A program made the translations under genes and the position numbers. The notes under the pieces were generated by a model. It did not search any database and was not told the origin of the DNA. It saw only the letters and a list, made by a program, of their open reading frames with translations. Source: Halanaerobiales bacterium (GTDB lineage: Bacteria; Bacillota; Halanaerobiia; Halanaerobiales; M55B127). Taken from it: a DNA stretch of 64,000 nucleotides. Shown here in pieces: positions 9,032-21,455 of the stretch; within the stretch, counting starts at the first letter, position 1, and each line of letters opens with the position of its first letter. The stretch lies in contig JAWOEZ010000089.1 in NCBI GenBank assembly GCA_046482435.1, forward strand, positions 1,183 to 65,182, read 5' to 3'.

Positions 9032-9481
9032 TTAAAAATCTTTCTCGCTATCAATTAGTAATGTAACTGGGCCATCGTTAACTAAATCTATATCCATCAT
9101 AGCTTTAAATTCACCTGTTGCAATTTTCAAATCATAATTATTAATTTTATCTATAAAGACATTATACAACCGTTCTGCTTTATCAGCTGGAGCGGCATCA
9201 AAAAAACTGGGTCTTCTACCTTTTCTACAGTCACCATATAAAGTAAATTGGGATACTACCATGATATCTTTCCCTAAATCCACAGCTGAAAGATTCATCT
9301 TATTTTCTTTATCTTCAAATATTCTTAAATTGACTATTTTATCAATTAAATAATCAATATCATCCCTAGTATCATCATTACCTATTCCTAGAAATACTAA
9401 TAAGCCAGAATCAATTGCACCTATCTCATTTTCATCTACTACTACTTTAGCATTTTTTACTCTCTGAATAACTGCTCGCAA
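9032..9481 (-). CDS. dtd: D-aminoacyl-tRNA deacylase
   Basis: RAVIQRVKNAKVVV... and SQFTLYGD are Dtd signatures. Start re-assigned to the TTG at 9481, 8 nt after AAGGAG. Confidence 0.9.
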   Translation of the reverse strand: MRAVIQRVKNAKVVVDENEIGAIDSGLLVFLGIGNDDTRDDIDYLIDKIVNLRIFEDKENKMNLSAVDLGKDIMVVSQFTLYGDCRKGRRPSFFDAAPADKAERLYNVFIDKINNYDLKIATGEFKAMMDIDLVNDGPVTLLIDSEKDF

Positions 9482-9496
9482 AGTGAACACTCCTTT

Positions 9497-11641
9497 TTAA
9501 GTGGGATTAGCTCTTTGCACAGATAATACTCCGGCTATATCTTTTATTTTATTCATAATATCTTTCATATGTTCTATACTACTTAGTTCAACCGACAAAT
9601 TAATATAAGCTTTGCCGTATTTATCTGTTCTAGCATTTACAGATAAAAGTTTTATTTGTTCATTTTTTATCAGGCGGGTTATATCATTTAATAAGGCACT
9701 TTTGTCAACTGCTTCAACATTAAGGTCCACTATATAAGATTCTGCTCGTTTCTGGTCCCATTTTACCTCGATAATTCTTTCTTCATCATTTTCAATAAGA
9801 GACTTCAAATTGGGACAACCTTTACGATGTATAGAAACTCCCCTTCCACGAGTTATATAACCAACAATATTATCACCTGGAACGGGATTACAACATTTGG
9901 CAGTTCTAACCTTTAAATTATCAACACCTTTTACTTTAACGCCTTTATCAGAACTTTTAGAAGAAGGAGTAGTTTTTAATTCTTCTAAAGTAACTTCCTC
10001 TTCTTTTTCAATATCTAATTTATTTATTATTTGTTTTACAGAGGTATTGTTATAACCAATAGATTCTAATAAATTTTCTTTGTTGTTTTCACCAAGTTCT
10101 TGTGCAATCCTATCTAATTCTTCTCCTTTTTCTTTGCCCGATAATTCAATATTTTGTCGGTCAAATTCTCTATTTAATAACTCTTTTCCTCTACGTATTA
10201 TTTCATCACGCTGTTGCTTTTTAAACCATCTTTTAATTTTGCTTCGAGCAGTTGAAGTCTGAACAAAGTTTAACCAATCCTTACTTGGCCCTGTACTTTT
10301 CTTTGAAGTAATTATATTTACTATATCACCATTTTCAAGCTCATATTCTAAAGGTACAATCTTCCCATTAACCTTGGCACCTACGCAATTATGACCAACT
10401 TCGGTGTGAATATGATAGGCAAAATCTATTGGGGTCCCCCCCCGCGGTAATGACATCACATCACCTTTGGGAGTAAATACAAATACTTCATCCTCAAATA
10501 AATCTATTTTGAGGGCTTTCATAAATTCTTGAGGTTCTTGTAAGTCCTTTTGCCATTCAAGCAGTTGTCTCAACCAAGAAAGTTTTTCTTCGTAATCATC
10601 TTTTTCTGTTTTGCCTTCCTTGTACCGCCAATGAGCTGCTATACCATATTCAGCTGTTTTGTGCATTTCATGGGTTCTAATTTGAACCTCGAGAGGATCT
10701 CCACTAGGTCCAATCACTGTGGTATGTAATGATTGATACATATTTGATTTTGGCATAGCTATATAGTCCTTAAATCTCCCTGGCATCGGCTTCCAAATTT
10801 CATGAACTAGTCCCAAAACCTGATAACATTCTCTCACATTTTCTACTAAAATTCTTACAGCCGTTAAATCGTATATCTCACTAAAATCCACTTCTTTTCT
10901 CTGCATTTTTTGATAAATACTGTATAGATGTTTCGATCTCCCGTAGATTTCAGCATCTATATTTTGTTCTTCTACCTTATCTCGAATAGTGTCAATTGCA
11001 TTCTGTATATTTATATTTCTCGAAGATTTATTTTCTTCTAATTTTTCCTGTAATTCATCATAAACATCAGGTTTCAAAAAATTAAAACTAAGGTCTTCCA
11101 GTTCGGTTTTCATTCGAGACATTCCTAGTCTGTGAGCTAAAGGTGCATATATTTCTATAGTTTCTTCAGATTTGAATTTTTGTTTTTCCCTACTGAGATG
11201 TTCTAAAGTTCTCATATTATGAAGCCGATCAGCTAACTTAATCAAGACTACTCTGATATCTTTAGCCATTGCTAAAAACATTTTTCTTAAGCTCTCAGCT
11301 TGATGTTCTTCTTTAGATTTAAAATTTAATTTTGTTAATTTTGTGACTCCATCAACGAGCAAAGCTACTTCATTTCCAAACATTTCTTCAATATCTTCTC
11401 GCGTAAATTTGGTGTCTTCAATTACATCATGTAATAAGGCTGCAGAAATAGAGATTATATCAAGACCTAAGTCAGCTAAAATGTATGCCACATTAATAGG
11501 GTGTTCGACATACGGCTCCCCCGATATTCTATACTGACCTTCATGGGCCTCACTAGCTATATCATGAGCTCGTTTTACAATATCTAAATCTGGGTCGTCC
11601 ATATCAGATCTTATTTTTTTTAATAAAACCTCTATTTCCAT
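9497..11641 (-). CDS. relA: Bifunctional (p)ppGpp synthetase/hydrolase RelA/SpoT (Rel)
   Basis: 714 aa. The domain order is HD hydrolase (HDVIEDT), synthetase, TGS, then C-terminal ACT. Confidence 0.95.
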   Translation of the reverse strand: MEIEVLLKKIRSDMDDPDLDIVKRAHDIASEAHEGQYRISGEPYVEHPINVAYILADLGLDIISISAALLHDVIEDTKFTREDIEEMFGNEVALLVDGVTKLTKLNFKSKEEHQAESLRKMFLAMAKDIRVVLIKLADRLHNMRTLEHLSREKQKFKSEETIEIYAPLAHRLGMSRMKTELEDLSFNFLKPDVYDELQEKLEENKSSRNINIQNAIDTIRDKVEEQNIDAEIYGRSKHLYSIYQKMQRKEVDFSEIYDLTAVRILVENVRECYQVLGLVHEIWKPMPGRFKDYIAMPKSNMYQSLHTTVIGPSGDPLEVQIRTHEMHKTAEYGIAAHWRYKEGKTEKDDYEEKLSWLRQLLEWQKDLQEPQEFMKALKIDLFEDEVFVFTPKGDVMSLPRGGTPIDFAYHIHTEVGHNCVGAKVNGKIVPLEYELENGDIVNIITSKKSTGPSKDWLNFVQTSTARSKIKRWFKKQQRDEIIRRGKELLNREFDRQNIELSGKEKGEELDRIAQELGENNKENLLESIGYNNTSVKQIINKLDIEKEEEVTLEELKTTPSSKSSDKGVKVKGVDNLKVRTAKCCNPVPGDNIVGYITRGRGVSIHRKGCPNLKSLIENDEERIIEVKWDQKRAESYIVDLNVEAVDKSALLNDITRLIKNEQIKLLSVNARTDKYGKAYINLSVELSSIEHMKDIMNKIKDIAGVLSVQRANPT

Positions 11642-11677
11642 ATATATCCCTTCATTTCATAAACCTGAGTTTAATAA

Positions 11678-12190
11678 TTAATGTTGTAAAAGCGTGAAAA
11701 TATCATATTCATCGATTTTTTCTCTACCATTAAGGTCAATTAATTCTAACAAGAAGGCGATCCCGACTATATCTCCCCCTAATTCCTCAATAAGATCGAC
11801 AGAAGCTCTTGTAGTACCTCCGGTAGCTAAGAGATCATCTACTAATAATATTTTGTCACCTTCTTCAATAGCATCACTATGTATTTCTAATTCACTGCTC
11901 CCATATTCTAAATCATAACTTGCGGTTATTTTATCATAAGGTAATTTATTAGGCTTTCGGACCGGAATAAAACCTTTATCTAAGGCATAAGCCATGGGAG
12001 TTCCTATAATAAATCCTCTTGCCTCGATGCCAACCACATAATCAATATCAACATTCTTATATACTTCTACGATTGCATCTATTGCGGACTGAAAAGCGTC
12101 CTTGTCTTTTAGTAATGGGGTAATATCTTTAAACAAAATGCCTTCCTTTGGAAAATCTGGTATGTTTCTAATATAGTCATTAAAATTCAT
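11678..12190 (-). CDS. apt: Adenine phosphoribosyltransferase
   Basis: 170 aa with PRPP-binding loop LLVDDLLATGGT. It overlaps the recJ stop by 11 nt. Confidence 0.95.
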   Translation of the reverse strand: MNFNDYIRNIPDFPKEGILFKDITPLLKDKDAFQSAIDAIVEVYKNVDIDYVVGIEARGFIIGTPMAYALDKGFIPVRKPNKLPYDKITASYDLEYGSSELEIHSDAIEEGDKILLVDDLLATGGTTRASVDLIEELGGDIVGIAFLLELIDLNGREKIDEYDIFTLLQH

Positions 12191-14633
12191 TGTTCTCCTC
12201 CTCTAGATTGATAAGATTATTGATTAATTTAAATAAATTTTTACCTTTTATAACTTTTTTTAAATTTTGATAATCTTCCATTACCTTAATAATGTTATTA
12301 TAATATACAGAATTTAATAAGTCCAATTCTGCAAAATCTTTATCCTTTATGATAAACTTCTTGCCCTTCTCAATTAGTAGATCGAGTTCTCCCAAAATTT
12401 TTATTAATTTATTTAGTTTATTTTTATTTATATAAGTTTGATCTAAAAACTTTTCATATAAATCTTCTTTATAAAACATTCTCTTATCATACGCTTTTTT
12501 TAAATGGGTATAAAAATTTTTTACCATATTTTCATCTGGAAGAGTTTTACTAATTAATTTTTCATTGAGTATTATGTCATTTTTGTTAAAAATTAAATGT
12601 ATTTCTTGATTTCTTACTCCAAACATATTAATAAATGAATACAAATCAGAGAGCGAAAATGGAACTGAATACATTACAAGCTGGATCTTTTTTTGTATTG
12701 GTCGATTTATTTGTTTATCGAATAATAAAACTGCTTCTTTTTCATTAGCAAATTTTCTCATATCATTTATTAAAACTTTAATATTTTCACTTTCTAGATA
12801 TTCTTTTAGTTTAGTAATATTCTGACCACCATTTATGTAAACGGCAATGTTCTCTTGATAATTTTTTAAGCCTTTAATATATTTACCTTTATCATTTATT
12901 CCTCTTTTATCATAAATTATATATTCACTTTTGGAAAAAGTTAAAGGAAAATAGGAGTGATCAGATCTAATATTTATATCTTCAACTCTAAGTTCAACTT
13001 GATTGCTGTCTCTCCAATTATTTAAGTATAATTTCGCCGCCAAATCAAGCTTTTTATTATCTATTTTTGAATTCAGCTCTCCCATATTAAAACATATACC
13101 TGAGGTTCCATTCTGCAATTCTATTTTTAGGTGTTTGTCATCACTACCAACAGTATAATGATTTTTCAACACAATATTACTTAATAAAAATTTAGGGCGA
13201 GGGTTCCCAAGCCCAAAAGGTTTTAGCTTTTCTAATTTTTTATAAAAAGTATAGTTAATCTGATCTATATCAATAATAGAATCAAGTTTTAGACCGGGAA
13301 TGAAATCTTTCGGACTTAATTGTTGGTTTAAAAAAGTTCTGAATGTTTGTTTAAAATTACTTATATTTTCCTTTTTTATAGTTAATCCTGCTGCCATCGA
13401 ATGTCCACCGTATTTTTCAAGATAATCGTGCGAAAACTCTAAACCTTCTGTAATATCTAATCCACTGATACTTCTAGCAGAACCATGACCCATACCGTTT
13501 TGATCAAGAGCTACTAATATAACGGGAAGATGGTATTTATCAACTAATCTTGAGGCAACTATCCCGATAACCCCTCTATGCCATTTTTGAGAGGCTAATA
13601 TTATAGGATGTTGTTCTTTTATATCTTCAGGGGGTATCATATTTAAAGTATCTTTATATATTTCTTCTTCCTTAGTTTGACGTTCTTTATTTATATCTAT
13701 TAATTTCTGACTGATTTTAATAGCTACATCTTGATCAGAGGTAACTAATAATTCTACACCCTGGTCCGGATGGACCATCCTCCCAATCGCATTAATAGGA
13801 GGCGCAATAATATATCCAATTTTACCAGGATTAATTAAATCCATATCTAATTTTAATTTAGATATTAATTTCTTTAACCCTAATTTATTGGTATTTTTTA
13901 TTCTCTCCAATCCATGTTTAACCAAAATTCGGTTATCATCAATTAAAGGCACTAAATCGGCAACTGTTCCTAAAGCAACTAAATCCAAATGCTCTTGGAT
14001 CCTGTTCAACTCTAATTTTTGATCAACGGCTTGTAGAAATTTATATAAAACCCCTACCCCAGCAAGCACCTTATAATAATCATTTTTTTCTCTTTGGGGA
14101 TCTAAAACTGCATCGGCATTTGGTAACTTCTCCCCCAATTTATGGTGGTCAGTTACTATAACATCCAGACCTGTTTGCTTTAAATAATCAATCTCTTCAA
14201 CAGCAGTAATCCCGCAATCTACAGTAATTAATAGATTAACTTTATTAATTTCAATATTTTCTAAACTTTCTTTATCTAACCCATATCCTTCTTTAAGACG
14301 ATTAGGTATATAATATTCAAAATTAGTAAAATTAATATCTTTGAAAAAATGTATTAATAGTGAAGTAGAAGTTATACCATCAACATCATAATCACCATAA
14401 ATTAAAATCTTTTCGTTATTATTAATTGCCGTAATTAATCTCTTAACTGCTTTTTTCATATCTGTTAATTCATAAGGATCCTTTAGGTCAAGATAATTGG
14501 AATTCATAAATTTATCAACTTTATCTTTAGTATCTAATCCCCTATTTAATAGTAACTTATTAATAACATCATCTTCATACACATTATTTAATTCATAGTC
14601 TTCAATATACCATAAACTGTTCAAAATTATCAC
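12180..14633 (-). CDS. recJ: Single-stranded-DNA-specific exonuclease RecJ
   Basis: DHH motifs (GDYDVDGITS, DCG, TDHH) and DHHA1 (GGHSMAAG) are present, with a long C-terminal extension. The start could instead be the TTG at 14624. Confidence 0.9.
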   Translation of the reverse strand: MIILNSLWYIEDYELNNVYEDDVINKLLLNRGLDTKDKVDKFMNSNYLDLKDPYELTDMKKAVKRLITAINNNEKILIYGDYDVDGITSTSLLIHFFKDINFTNFEYYIPNRLKEGYGLDKESLENIEINKVNLLITVDCGITAVEEIDYLKQTGLDVIVTDHHKLGEKLPNADAVLDPQREKNDYYKVLAGVGVLYKFLQAVDQKLELNRIQEHLDLVALGTVADLVPLIDDNRILVKHGLERIKNTNKLGLKKLISKLKLDMDLINPGKIGYIIAPPINAIGRMVHPDQGVELLVTSDQDVAIKISQKLIDINKERQTKEEEIYKDTLNMIPPEDIKEQHPIILASQKWHRGVIGIVASRLVDKYHLPVILVALDQNGMGHGSARSISGLDITEGLEFSHDYLEKYGGHSMAAGLTIKKENISNFKQTFRTFLNQQLSPKDFIPGLKLDSIIDIDQINYTFYKKLEKLKPFGLGNPRPKFLLSNIVLKNHYTVGSDDKHLKIELQNGTSGICFNMGELNSKIDNKKLDLAAKLYLNNWRDSNQVELRVEDINIRSDHSYFPLTFSKSEYIIYDKRGINDKGKYIKGLKNYQENIAVYINGGQNITKLKEYLESENIKVLINDMRKFANEKEAVLLFDKQINRPIQKKIQLVMYSVPFSLSDLYSFINMFGVRNQEIHLIFNKNDIILNEKLISKTLPDENMVKNFYTHLKKAYDKRMFYKEDLYEKFLDQTYINKNKLNKLIKILGELDLLIEKGKKFIIKDKDFAELDLLNSVYYNNIIKVMEDYQNLKKVIKGKNLFKLINNLINLEEENNEF

Positions 14634-14647
14634 CTTTTATTTTTAAA

Positions 14648-14677
14648 TACAAAACCCCCTTCTTTTATAAGGGGGTA
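14648..14677 (-). terminator. Rho-independent terminator after the LapA-like gene
   Basis: Minus strand CCCCCUU-loop-AAGGGGG followed by a U run. Confidence 0.5.
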
Positions 14678-14692
14678 TTATATACCTTCTTT

Positions 14693-15157
14693 TTAATTAC
14701 TGCTATCAGGATCATCTTCGTTATTATCCAACTCTCTGTCATCTTCTTCTAGATTATAAGCAATATTATTGTTATCACTACTTTCGGGTTCTTTATTTTT
14801 CTTCCTTCCAAAAAAGCCTCTTTTTTCTTCTGTTTCAGTTTCTTTATTTTTATTTGTTGATTCTCTCTCAAAGCTTTTTAACTCAACAATTTCCTCTTCT
14901 TTATTCTCTAGTTCGTCTTTTAGTGACTGTATTTCTAGTTTTAAATTTTTGTTTTTCCGTCTGAGCTGGAACTGTTTAAAATAACTAAAAATACCAATAA
15001 CCAGGGCCCCAAAAATTATCGATCCAAGAACTACAACTGCAAGTGAAATTTCAAACTTCCAAATTAAAATATTCAATGCTACAATGGAAGCATTTTGGAT
15101 TGCAAATATCGCAATTAAGATAGCAAATATTAATCCAAAAATAATTGTTCCCTGCAT
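14693..15157 (-). CDS. LapA-domain (DUF1049) membrane protein with acidic coiled-coil tail
   Basis: Two N-terminal TM helices (IFAILIAIFAIQNASIV...). It occupies the same position between secDF and recJ as B. subtilis yrvD. Confidence 0.65.
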   Translation of the reverse strand: MQGTIIFGLIFAILIAIFAIQNASIVALNILIWKFEISLAVVVLGSIIFGALVIGIFSYFKQFQLRRKNKNLKLEIQSLKDELENKEEEIVELKSFERESTNKNKETETEEKRGFFGRKKNKEPESSDNNNIAYNLEEDDRELDNNEDDPDSSN

Positions 15158-15172
15158 GTTTAAAACCCCTTT

Positions 15173-16042
15173 CTATTCTTTGTTTTTCAACCTATTCGTC
15201 CAACTGACAAGGAGGGGACTAGCAACAAAAACAGAAGAATAAGTACCAGCAAACATACCAATAAATAATGCAAGCATAAATATTCTAATAGAAGCCCCAC
15301 CAAATAAATATATCGCTAAAATTGTTATTAATGTGGTTAAAGAGGTATTAATTGATCTTGGCAAAGTATCAACTACTGCTTGATTTGCTAGCTTTTCGAA
15401 TGCAGTCTTATGCATTATTTTCATATTTTCTCTAATTCTATCAAAGATAACTATTGTATCATTAATAGAATAACCTATGATAGTCAGCAAAGCAGCAACA
15501 AAAGGAGTATTTACTTCCTTTCCTAAGATCGCAAAAATACCTAATACTATTAATACATCATGCATTAATGTAATAATAGAAACTATTGCAAATCTAAATT
15601 CAAATCTTACACTAATATATAATACAATAGCAATGGATGCTATTAATAATGCCAATAAGGCTTTTGTTCTTAACTCTTGGCCAATTGTAGGCCCAACCAT
15701 TTGGGTCCTCAACATTTCAGTAGAAGGAAACTCATCTCGTAAACCATCTTCAATATCTACAATTTGCTGAGTATCTAATTCCTTCGCTCTAATTAAAGTA
15801 CCATTAATGCCTTCTGTTCCAGTCTGTTGAACCTTACTATCCTCAGCAATATTGATATCTGATAATACATTTCTTACTTCTTCATTAGATACATTCTGGT
15901 CAAATTTAAATTCTAATAAGGTTCCACCCTGAAAGTCAATTCCAAAGTTGAGGCCATTTACTGCTAAAAATATTAAACCAATTACTATTATAGTTATAGA
16001 AATTGCATACCAAATTCTTCTTTTACCCAGTATATCCATCAT
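15173..16042 (-). CDS. secF: Protein translocase subunit SecF
   Basis: 289 aa with SecF TM topology and the INDTIVIFDRIREN motif. Confidence 0.9.
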   Translation of the reverse strand: MMDILGKRRIWYAISITIIVIGLIFLAVNGLNFGIDFQGGTLLEFKFDQNVSNEEVRNVLSDINIAEDSKVQQTGTEGINGTLIRAKELDTQQIVDIEDGLRDEFPSTEMLRTQMVGPTIGQELRTKALLALLIASIAIVLYISVRFEFRFAIVSIITLMHDVLIVLGIFAILGKEVNTPFVAALLTIIGYSINDTIVIFDRIRENMKIMHKTAFEKLANQAVVDTLPRSINTSLTTLITILAIYLFGGASIRIFMLALFIGMFAGTYSSVFVASPLLVSWTNRLKNKE

Positions 16043-16044
16043 CT

Positions 16045-17253
16045 TTACCTCCTCTTTGCACCAAATGCGGCATCGCTTTGTAGTAGATTAGAATGAGTAA
16101 ACAAGTCTATTACATTTCTGGTAATAAAGAAAGCAGTAAACATACTCACTAATACACCTATACCCAGTGTCACTGCAAAACCTCTTACTGTCCCGCTTGT
16201 ATAATAAGCTAAGATTAGAGCAGTAATGAGTGTGGTTACATTAGCATCAATTATTGTTTTATATGCCCTCTTGAAACCAGAGTCTATAGATGCTCTCAGA
16301 GTTTTACCTGATTTCCTCTCATCCTTTATTCGCTCGAATATAATAATGTTGGCATCTACAGCCATACCTATTGATAAAATCAAACCAGCAATACCCGGTA
16401 AGGTTAAAGTAGCTTGCAATCCGGCCAGGGTTCCCATTAGTAAAATACCATAAATAATCAACACTGAAGCAGCTAGAACTCCTGGGAATCTATAATAAAA
16501 CATCATATAAATTGCCACCAAGATTAAACCTACCAGCCCAGCAGTTATACTTTTTTGAATAGAAATTTCACCCAAAACTGGACCAACGGTACTACTTTGA
16601 ACTACTTCAACAGGTACTGGTAATGAACCCTCTCTTATTAATATAGCATCTTTTTGAGCTGCATCAACAGAATCATATCCGGTTATCTGACCTTTCCCAG
16701 ATATAGTATCTTGTACTGTAGGATTTGTTAATTGTTCTTCATCTAAATATATACCAATTTTTTGACCGATATATTGACTTGTAATCTCTTCAAACTTATT
16801 TGCTCCTTCATTATTCATTTCAAAAGATACAACAGGTCTACCATACTGATCATAATCTGCCGTAGCATCTTTTACATATTCACCAGTTAATAATACTTGT
16901 CCAGAAGAATTCCTAAATGTTAATACTGCTGTCCTACCAATCGTTTCTATAGCATCATTTGGATTATCAATTGCAGGTAGTTCTACTATGATTCTATCAC
17001 TACCCTCTCTTTGTATAACCGGTTCCGTTAAGCCAAGTTGATTAACCCTTCTTTCTATAACACTTTCTATTCCCGTCATTACTTCATTATTAATTTCTCT
17101 TTCTTCTGTAGGTTGAGCCTCTAATACTATATGTGAGCCCCCCTGTAAATCAAGTCCGAGATTTATATTATAATAGGAATATAAAAATATTGCAAAGGCA
17201 ACTACGGCTATGATGAAAATTAATTTTAACAGTCTTTTCTTTTTATATCTCAT
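16045..17253 (-). CDS. secD: Protein translocase subunit SecD
   Basis: 402 aa with GLDLQGG, a periplasmic domain and a C-terminal 6-TM region (VDANIIIFERIKDE). Confidence 0.9.
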   Translation of the reverse strand: MRYKKKRLLKLIFIIAVVAFAIFLYSYYNINLGLDLQGGSHIVLEAQPTEEREINNEVMTGIESVIERRVNQLGLTEPVIQREGSDRIIVELPAIDNPNDAIETIGRTAVLTFRNSSGQVLLTGEYVKDATADYDQYGRPVVSFEMNNEGANKFEEITSQYIGQKIGIYLDEEQLTNPTVQDTISGKGQITGYDSVDAAQKDAILIREGSLPVPVEVVQSSTVGPVLGEISIQKSITAGLVGLILVAIYMMFYYRFPGVLAASVLIIYGILLMGTLAGLQATLTLPGIAGLILSIGMAVDANIIIFERIKDERKSGKTLRASIDSGFKRAYKTIIDANVTTLITALILAYYTSGTVRGFAVTLGIGVLVSMFTAFFITRNVIDLFTHSNLLQSDAAFGAKRR

Positions 17254-17290
17254 ACCATTCTTTCCTCCCGTTTCTCAACAATTATAATAT

Positions 17291-17830
17291 TTAGATATTT
17301 TCGTAGTTCATATGTTCTATTATACGCATCTCGGTTATAGGCCAATAAACCCAGAATGCTAGCCCAGATATACTCTTATAAGGAACATATCCGACATATC
17401 CTGAAAATCTACTATCTGCACTATTATTACGGTTATCTCCCATAACAAATACAGAATCTTCGGGAACCTGATAAGGTCCGAAACTTCCTTTCATTTCCTC
17501 TTTAATATAGTTTTCTTCTAAAGGTTGACCATTAACATATGTTACTCCATCTTTAATATGAACTGTATCCCCGGGCAAACCTATTACACGTTTAATATAT
17601 TTTTTTTTAGGAGAACCCTGAGGAGCAAAGACGACCACCTCTCCTCTTTGAGGTTCTCTAAAACGATATATAAATTTATTAACAAATAATCTCTCCCCAT
17701 CATAGAGATTTGGGGCCATAGATTTACCATCAACCACAAAAGATTGGGCAACAAAGGTAATAATCAAAAAAGCTAAAATACCTGCAATAACAACAGATTG
17801 CAGGATTTCTTTTACATCTCCGCTATCCAA
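17291..17830 (-). CDS. lepB: Signal peptidase I
   Basis: Catalytic Ser box (GKSMAPN), the KRVIGLPGD Lys box and GDNRNNSADSR are present. Confidence 0.9.
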   Translation of the reverse strand: MDSGDVKEILQSVVIAGILAFLIITFVAQSFVVDGKSMAPNLYDGERLFVNKFIYRFREPQRGEVVVFAPQGSPKKKYIKRVIGLPGDTVHIKDGVTYVNGQPLEENYIKEEMKGSFGPYQVPEDSVFVMGDNRNNSADSRFSGYVGYVPYKSISGLAFWVYWPITEMRIIEHMNYENI

Positions 17831-17858
17831 TTTTAGTCACTCCCAATATTTTATAGCT

Positions 17859-18158
17859 TTATTTTTCTTCGATATTTTTATCTTCTTCATCTTCTTCCTC
17901 AGATTTATCCAGTCTTGCAATAGCCTTCTGAACTACATCTACATCCACATCAGAAGAAATTCTCAATCTAATATTACCTTCTTTAAGTTTAATAATTTTA
18001 GCCTTAATTCCACCAATTGTAACTATCCTATCTCCAACTTGTAAATTTTCTAACATCTCTTCATGATCTTTTTGTTGTTTCCTCTGGGGTCTAATTAAGA
18101 AAAACCAAAACACACCAAATATTAGGACCCAAGGTAATATCGCGTAAATATATTGCAT
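17859..18158 (-). CDS. yajC: Preprotein translocase subunit YajC
   Basis: 99 aa, single TM, with the RPQRKQQK and GDRIVTIGG motifs. Confidence 0.85.
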   Translation of the reverse strand: MQYIYAILPWVLIFGVFWFFLIRPQRKQQKDHEEMLENLQVGDRIVTIGGIKAKIIKLKEGNIRLRISSDVDVDVVQKAIARLDKSEEEDEEDKNIEEK

Positions 18159-18256
18159 TATTTATACCTCCTTATTTTTTTACTCTCTAATAATTTCAAT
18201 ACCAGATTGAATTATCCTTCAATTTTTTGAAATAAAAATAAAAATTTGGCATTGAA

Positions 18257-19369
<1,113 letters not shown>

Positions 19370-19380
19370 TTACTTCCTTT

Positions 19381-20403
19381 CTAGTATATAAACATAGCAT
19401 CTCCTAAACTATAAAATCTATATTCTTTTTCAATAGCTTTATGATATGCATTAAATATTTTTTCTTTGTCTGCTAAAGCAGAAATCATCATTAATAACGT
19501 GGATTTGGGAAGATGGAAATTGGTTATCAGAGCATCTGTTGCTTTAAAATCATAACCAGGGTAAATAAATATATCTGTCCAACCTTTAAATTCCCTTAAT
19601 TCACCGGACTGAGCAGCAGTTTCCAGAGCTCTTGTGACTGTTGTACCTACTGCGATAACCCTGCCTTCGCTCTTTTTAGTTTTTTTGATCTTCTCCACTA
19701 CTTCATTATCTACTTCTATGTACTCAGCATGCATATCATGTTCTTCAACTTTATCAGTATTTACAGGCCGAAAAGTACCTAACCCAACATGTAAAGTTAT
19801 ATATTTTATTTGTACCCCTTTATCTTTTATTCTTTCCATTAGTTCCGGGGTGAAATGAAGACCAGCTGTCGGTGCAGCTACTGAACCCCTTTTTTTAGCA
19901 TAAACAGTTTGATATCGTTCGGGCTGATCTAAATCTTCTTTTATGTATGGAGGTAAAGGCATTTCTCCTAATTTATCTAGTATCTTATCAAAATTTCCCT
20001 CATAAGAAAATTCTATGATTCTTCCACCGAAATCAGTATATTCAATAGCCTTACCTATTAATTCTCCATCCCCAAATTCTACTTTTACACCTTTTTTAAC
20101 TCTTTTCCCCGGCCTTACTAATACCTCCCATTTATTTTCATTTAACCTATTCAATAATAATATTTCAATTTCTGTTCCAGTGGGAATTTTTTCTCCATAC
20201 AAACGGGCTGGAATAACCTTACTATCATTTAATATTAAAATATCATTTTCCTCTAGTAAGTTAACTATTTCCTTAAAATTTTTATCTTCAATATCCCCAG
20301 TGTTTTTATTTAACAACATTAACCGGGATTCATCTCTATTTTCTACCGGTTTTTGAGCAATTAGTCTTTCAGGTAAATCATAATCAAATTCATCAACTCT
20401 CAT
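19381..20403 (-). CDS. queA: S-adenosylmethionine:tRNA ribosyltransferase-isomerase
   Basis: DFDYDLPERLIAQ..., PLPPYI and AAPTAGLHFT are QueA signatures. Confidence 0.95.
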   Translation of the reverse strand: MRVDEFDYDLPERLIAQKPVENRDESRLMLLNKNTGDIEDKNFKEIVNLLEENDILILNDSKVIPARLYGEKIPTGTEIEILLLNRLNENKWEVLVRPGKRVKKGVKVEFGDGELIGKAIEYTDFGGRIIEFSYEGNFDKILDKLGEMPLPPYIKEDLDQPERYQTVYAKKRGSVAAPTAGLHFTPELMERIKDKGVQIKYITLHVGLGTFRPVNTDKVEEHDMHAEYIEVDNEVVEKIKKTKKSEGRVIAVGTTVTRALETAAQSGELREFKGWTDIFIYPGYDFKATDALITNFHLPKSTLLMMISALADKEKIFNAYHKAIEKEYRFYSLGDAMFIY

Positions 20404-20420
20404 CAAAATATCCCCCTGTA

Positions 20421-21452
20421 TCAGTCCTCACCATCGAATAAATCTTTGTTTGTATTTTTACTAATCTCTAGATGTTTATAAGCAGCTGAAGAGGCAACTC
20501 TTCCCCGTGGCGTTCTTTCCAGAAATCCCATCTGTAGTAAGTAGGGTTCATAAACATCTTCAATTGTTTCTGTTTCTTCACTAATTGCTGCCGCTAGTGT
20601 GTTTAAACCTACCGGGCCGCCATCAAACTTTTCTATTATAATTTTTAATAATTTATGATCTATACTATCAAGACCTTTCTCATCAATTTCTAATAATTTG
20701 AGTGCTTTATCAACTACCTCAGCAGATATTACTCCCTCTGCTTTAACCTCAGCAAAATCTCGAACTCTTTTTAATAACCTATTACTTATTCTCGGGGTCC
20801 CCCGGGATCTTTTAGCGATCTCTGAAGCACCATCATCATGTATTTCAATATCTAAGATTCTGGCTGACCTTTTTACAATCTTTGTAAGTTCTTCATGATC
20901 ATAAAATTCAAGTCTATTGATTACACCGAATCTATCCCTTAAAGGAGAACTTATTAAGCCTGCTCTCGTTGTTGCACCTACCATCGTAAAGGGATTTAAG
21001 TCCAAACGTACAGAACGAGCACTTGGACCCTTACCGATTATTATATCTAAACAGTAATCTTCTAAAGCTGGATATAAAACCTCTTCAACCATCATATTAA
21101 GTCTATGTATCTCATCAATAAATAAAACATCATTATCCTGAAGATTTGTTAATATTGAAGCAAGATCTCCAGGTCTTTCAATAGCGGGGCCTGAAGTTTT
21201 ATGAATATTTACGTTTAATTCGTTTGCTATTATTGTTGCTAAAGTTGTTTTTCCTAAACCAGGAGGGCCATATAAAAGAACATGGTCTAAAGCTTCTCCT
21301 CTTTGTTTTGCTGCTTCAATAAAGATACTAAGTTTTTCTTTTGTTTTTTTCTGACCTACATAATATTTTAATTTCTCTGGTCTTAGGTTTTTATCAAATT
21401 GGTCTTCTTCAAATTTCCTGGTTGGGGAAACAATTCTATCAGAATCTTCCAT
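20421..21452 (-). CDS. ruvB: Holliday junction branch migration helicase RuvB
   Basis: Walker [10 protein letters not shown] and FIDEIHRL are present. 343 aa. Confidence 0.95.
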   Translation of the reverse strand: MEDSDRIVSPTRKFEEDQFDKNLRPEKLKYYVGQKKTKEKLSIFIEAAKQRGEALDHVLLYGPPGLGKTTLATIIANELNVNIHKTSGPAIERPGDLASILTNLQDNDVLFIDEIHRLNMMVEEVLYPALEDYCLDIIIGKGPSARSVRLDLNPFTMVGATTRAGLISSPLRDRFGVINRLEFYDHEELTKIVKRSARILDIEIHDDGASEIAKRSRGTPRISNRLLKRVRDFAEVKAEGVISAEVVDKALKLLEIDEKGLDSIDHKLLKIIIEKFDGGPVGLNTLAAAISEETETIEDVYEPYLLQMGFLERTPRGRVASSAAYKHLEISKNTNKDLFDGED

Positions 21453-21455
21453 TTA